Assembly (NCBI GenBank): GCA_963727775.1 | Contig: CAVSHB010000001.1 | Location: forward strand, 576,001-640,000 | Source of the DNA: an uncultured Nitrospiraceae bacterium | GTDB taxonomy: Bacteria; Nitrospirota; Thermodesulfovibrionia; Thermodesulfovibrionales; SM23-35 | DNA length: 64,000 bases | Direction of reading: 5' to 3' | Part shown: positions 61,432 to 64,000 of the stretch, piece after piece | How positions within the stretch are numbered: position 1 is the first letter of the stretch | How the letters are laid out: each line of letters starts with the position of its first letter | The notes under the pieces: generated by a model | Told to the model about the DNA's origin: nothing | The model's input: only the letters and a program-made list of their open reading frames with translations | Databases searched by the model: none | Program-made: the position numbers and the translations under genes

Positions 61432-62940
61432 ATGAATAGGGGTAACCTTTTTTTTCTCTGTATATATTTGCTGGTTTTTCTGTCTCTCAATTCGCCCAAT
61501 ATTTACGCATCCGATAACCTCCTCGAAAAAGGTATCGAAGAATATAAAGCAGAAAATTACGAAGAATCTCTCGATATTCTTTTAGCAGTTAGATCCCAGC
61601 AGCCGGATTCTTCCATAGCGGCATTTTATCTCGGCCTTGCCTTCAAACAGGTGAAAGATTACAAACAAGCTGAAATACACCTCAGAGATGCAGTGCGCCT
61701 AATCCCTCCGGTAAAAGACGCATATATAGAACTTGCGGAGGTCCTCTTTACGCTCGATAAACTCAAAGAGGCGGAAGTCTGGATAGCGAGGGCTGAAAAG
61801 GAAGGCATTAAGCCTGCCAATACATTATTCCTGAAAGGGCTTATCCTACTAAAGGAAGGGAAAACAGAACAGGCTGCTGAGGCATTCCGCAGGGCAAAGC
61901 AGCTTGACCCGTCCCTGTCCCAGCCTGCCGATTTGCAGATCGCAATGGCGCAGATAGCAGCGCAGCGTTTTGAAGACGCCAAAAAGAGCCTGCGCACAAT
62001 TCAGGACATAGACCCGACATCCGACCTTGCATCCTTTGCACAGGAATATGAAAAGGCGTTGGACAGGACGCTCCGGACATACAAGCCGTGGCAGTTCAGG
62101 CTGGGCGTTGCATGCCAGTATGACGACAATGTTGTTTTAAAGCCCTCATCAGACATCTCGGGGGTACTCATTTCCGGGGAGAAAGACGGCAGCATCGTAG
62201 GCACCTTCGGCGTTTCTTACAGTCCATTGCTGAACGGCCCCTATTTCCTGAATTTTAAATATGACATTTATACCGACACCTATTTCAAAACAGACTCGCA
62301 TAACCTTCTGATACAGACCGTGTCCCTCAATCCCGGAGTCAACGTAAACAGTGTTGCCTTGTCTTTGCCGGTTTCATATTCTTACGCACTCGTGCAGCAG
62401 GAAGGATACATGGGCCTCGGTAGCGTAAAACCGACAGTGCAGATCGCCTTCCGGCCTGAACATATCGGCGTATTCTCCGTGGGATATGAAAGAAGAGAGC
62501 TGCTTCAGGCGCCGATCAATCGTGATGAAAACAGGGACGGCAATATATTCAGCATTTCCGCAGGTTATATACATCCCTTTAAAGAAGGCAAGGGCATCTT
62601 CAATATAGCGTACGAATTTACGGATGACGACGCCGAAGGCAAAAACTGGGCAAACCTCGGCAACAGGTTCAGCCTCAGCCTCCTTTTGCCGGGTGTGGTA
62701 AAAAAGACAAACCTGATTTTATCGGGTGATATGTTCCTGCAGGACTATAAAAACACGCATACTGCCTTCGGGGTAAAAAGAATGGACCGGACATACACGG
62801 CATCCGCAACAATCATCGTAGCGTTACTTAAAAACGTAAACCTCAACGTGCAGTATACCCACATAACAGCTGATTCTAATGTCGCCGTCTATGATTACAG
62901 TCGCAACATTTATACAGTGGGGGTCGAATATAAATTTTAG
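61432..62940 (+). CDS. TPR plus outer-membrane beta-barrel protein (Slam/DUF560-like)
   Basis: Signal peptide, TPR-like helices, QYDDNV at the barrel start, and C-terminal YDYSRNIYTVGVEYKF ending in Phe. Confidence 0.8.
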   Translation: MNRGNLFFLCIYLLVFLSLNSPNIYASDNLLEKGIEEYKAENYEESLDILLAVRSQQPDSSIAAFYLGLAFKQVKDYKQAEIHLRDAVRLIPPVKDAYIELAEVLFTLDKLKEAEVWIARAEKEGIKPANTLFLKGLILLKEGKTEQAAEAFRRAKQLDPSLSQPADLQIAMAQIAAQRFEDAKKSLRTIQDIDPTSDLASFAQEYEKALDRTLRTYKPWQFRLGVACQYDDNVVLKPSSDISGVLISGEKDGSIVGTFGVSYSPLLNGPYFLNFKYDIYTDTYFKTDSHNLLIQTVSLNPGVNVNSVALSLPVSYSYALVQQEGYMGLGSVKPTVQIAFRPEHIGVFSVGYERRELLQAPINRDENRDGNIFSISAGYIHPFKEGKGIFNIAYEFTDDDAEGKNWANLGNRFSLSLLLPGVVKKTNLILSGDMFLQDYKNTHTAFGVKRMDRTYTASATIIVALLKNVNLNVQYTHITADSNVAVYDYSRNIYTVGVEYKF

Positions 62941-63055
62941 ATTATATGGGGATAGTATGGAAAGGACTATCTTCCTTTAGAAAAGCTGATCAAATGATGA
63001 TTCGTAAAACACTGAAATAACGTTTTTAAGATCGGTGATATTAAGGAGTAACGCC

Positions 63056-64000
63056 ATGACAGATCACACAGCACATAGGATACGAAATAAAGCAGTCGGT
63101 CAGGGACCGGTCTTACTCATTACTTTTTTACTGATTGCGGTTTGTTGTTTGTTTTCCAGTAAAGTGAATGCTTTTGCATCGGAAATAGTCGGACAATTCA
63201 CGCATGTTGAGGGTAAAGTCGACCTTTTGAGAGAAGGCGCTCTCCCTGCAAAAAACGTGAATATCAAAGACCCGGTAATGCTTAAGGACATCATCAGGAC
63301 AAAAAGCAATTCAAAGGCCGAAATCACGCTCCGCGACAATACCGTCCTGCGCATTGCACAGAGGAGCAGGATCGACATCAGTGAATATTTTACGGGGGAT
63401 TCAAAGAACAAAGGGGTAGTAAAACTCTCACGGGGACAGATGCAGGCTATGGTAGACAAGACGATGGCAAAGCGCATCTCCGCTGCTCCTAATGCCAACA
63501 CCTTTGAGATCCATACGCCGAATGCGGTGGCAGGGGTCAGGGGCACTGACTTTTTTGTTTCCTATGACCGAGATGTGACAACGGTCCTTTTAAAAGAGGG
63601 AGAGGTCTGTATCTATAATTTAAAATTCCCTTCTTCTGTCACCTGTCTGCCTCCAAATTTTATAGTCACTATTACCGGAGCAAATATACCTGCTCAACCA
63701 AGGAAGGCGACGAATATGGAATTGCAGATATTTGAAAGAGAAACATCACCGATGCTCCCTGCTGCAAAAGGCTTTTCAGGAATTGCCCCCCCTGCCTCAG
63801 CGGCTGCAGCATCGTTGAACCAAGGGGCTTTGATTACACCACTCTCATCTTCTGCTACGGATGCACCGGCAAACATAACAGACATACCTATCTCAAAACC
63901 GATTACAGAACAGATTCCAATAACCGAGCAACCCAAAACGTCTGAGAGCGCCATCAGTGCAAGTATATGGAGTAATTTCCCAACAGTAAGCGATGGGTCT
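63056..64000 (+). CDS. Exported FecR-domain protein, 3'-partial (not in the ORF track)
   Basis: AGGAG RBS; MTDHTAHR...signal segment...VGQFTHVEGKVD...DIIRTKSNSKAEI...FEIHTPNAVAGVRGTDF; frame open to the window end. Confidence 0.85.
   Translation, partial: MTDHTAHRIRNKAVGQGPVLLITFLLIAVCCLFSSKVNAFASEIVGQFTHVEGKVDLLREGALPAKNVNIKDPVMLKDIIRTKSNSKAEITLRDNTVLRIAQRSRIDISEYFTGDSKNKGVVKLSRGQMQAMVDKTMAKRISAAPNANTFEIHTPNAVAGVRGTDFFVSYDRDVTTVLLKEGEVCIYNLKFPSSVTCLPPNFIVTITGANIPAQPRKATNMELQIFERETSPMLPAAKGFSGIAPPASAAAASLNQGALITPLSSSATDAPANITDIPISKPITEQIPITEQPKTSESAISASIWSNFPTVSDGS

Overview
Bacterial chromosomal window, probably from an anaerobic Nitrospirota- or Desulfobacterota-like organism (inferred from gene content only). 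1-6.6 kb is the end of a surface-polysaccharide locus: wecB, a DegT aminotransferase, a sugar transferase and a doubly frameshifted PglF/CapD-type dehydratase. 6.6-13.3 kb holds housekeeping genes (B12 radical SAM, AcsE-like pterin-binding protein, uvrB, EndoIII-like glycosylase, leuD, leuB) and ends in tRNA-Asn(GTT). The rest is an accessory mosaic. It contains a sigma54-driven Mo-nitrogenase cluster (nifH-D-K-fused EN-X-I1-I2-fdxB), ldtD/mepK, two near-identical IS1634 copies (one splitting a PAS-GGDEF-EAL gene next to a FIST gene), duplicated orphan hicB, secreted proteases, a PLD nuclease, a partner-switching module, an ars-type operon with a probable selenoprotein, IS1380, IS256 and a cNMP phosphodiesterase/TPR-barrel/FecR region. 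Three signals are the most unusual. (i) A second copy of tRNA-Asn at ~42.1 kb has parts replaced by 18-nt TCCCG-N8-CGGGA palindromes and is fused to the tail of a GIY-YIG nuclease. (ii) Two ~105-bp cruciform elements share a conserved core but have completely different self-complementary 19-bp arms. (iii) An in-frame UGA followed by a SECIS-like hairpin lies in the ars operon. All calls were made by eye from the sequence and ORF track; no database searches were run.
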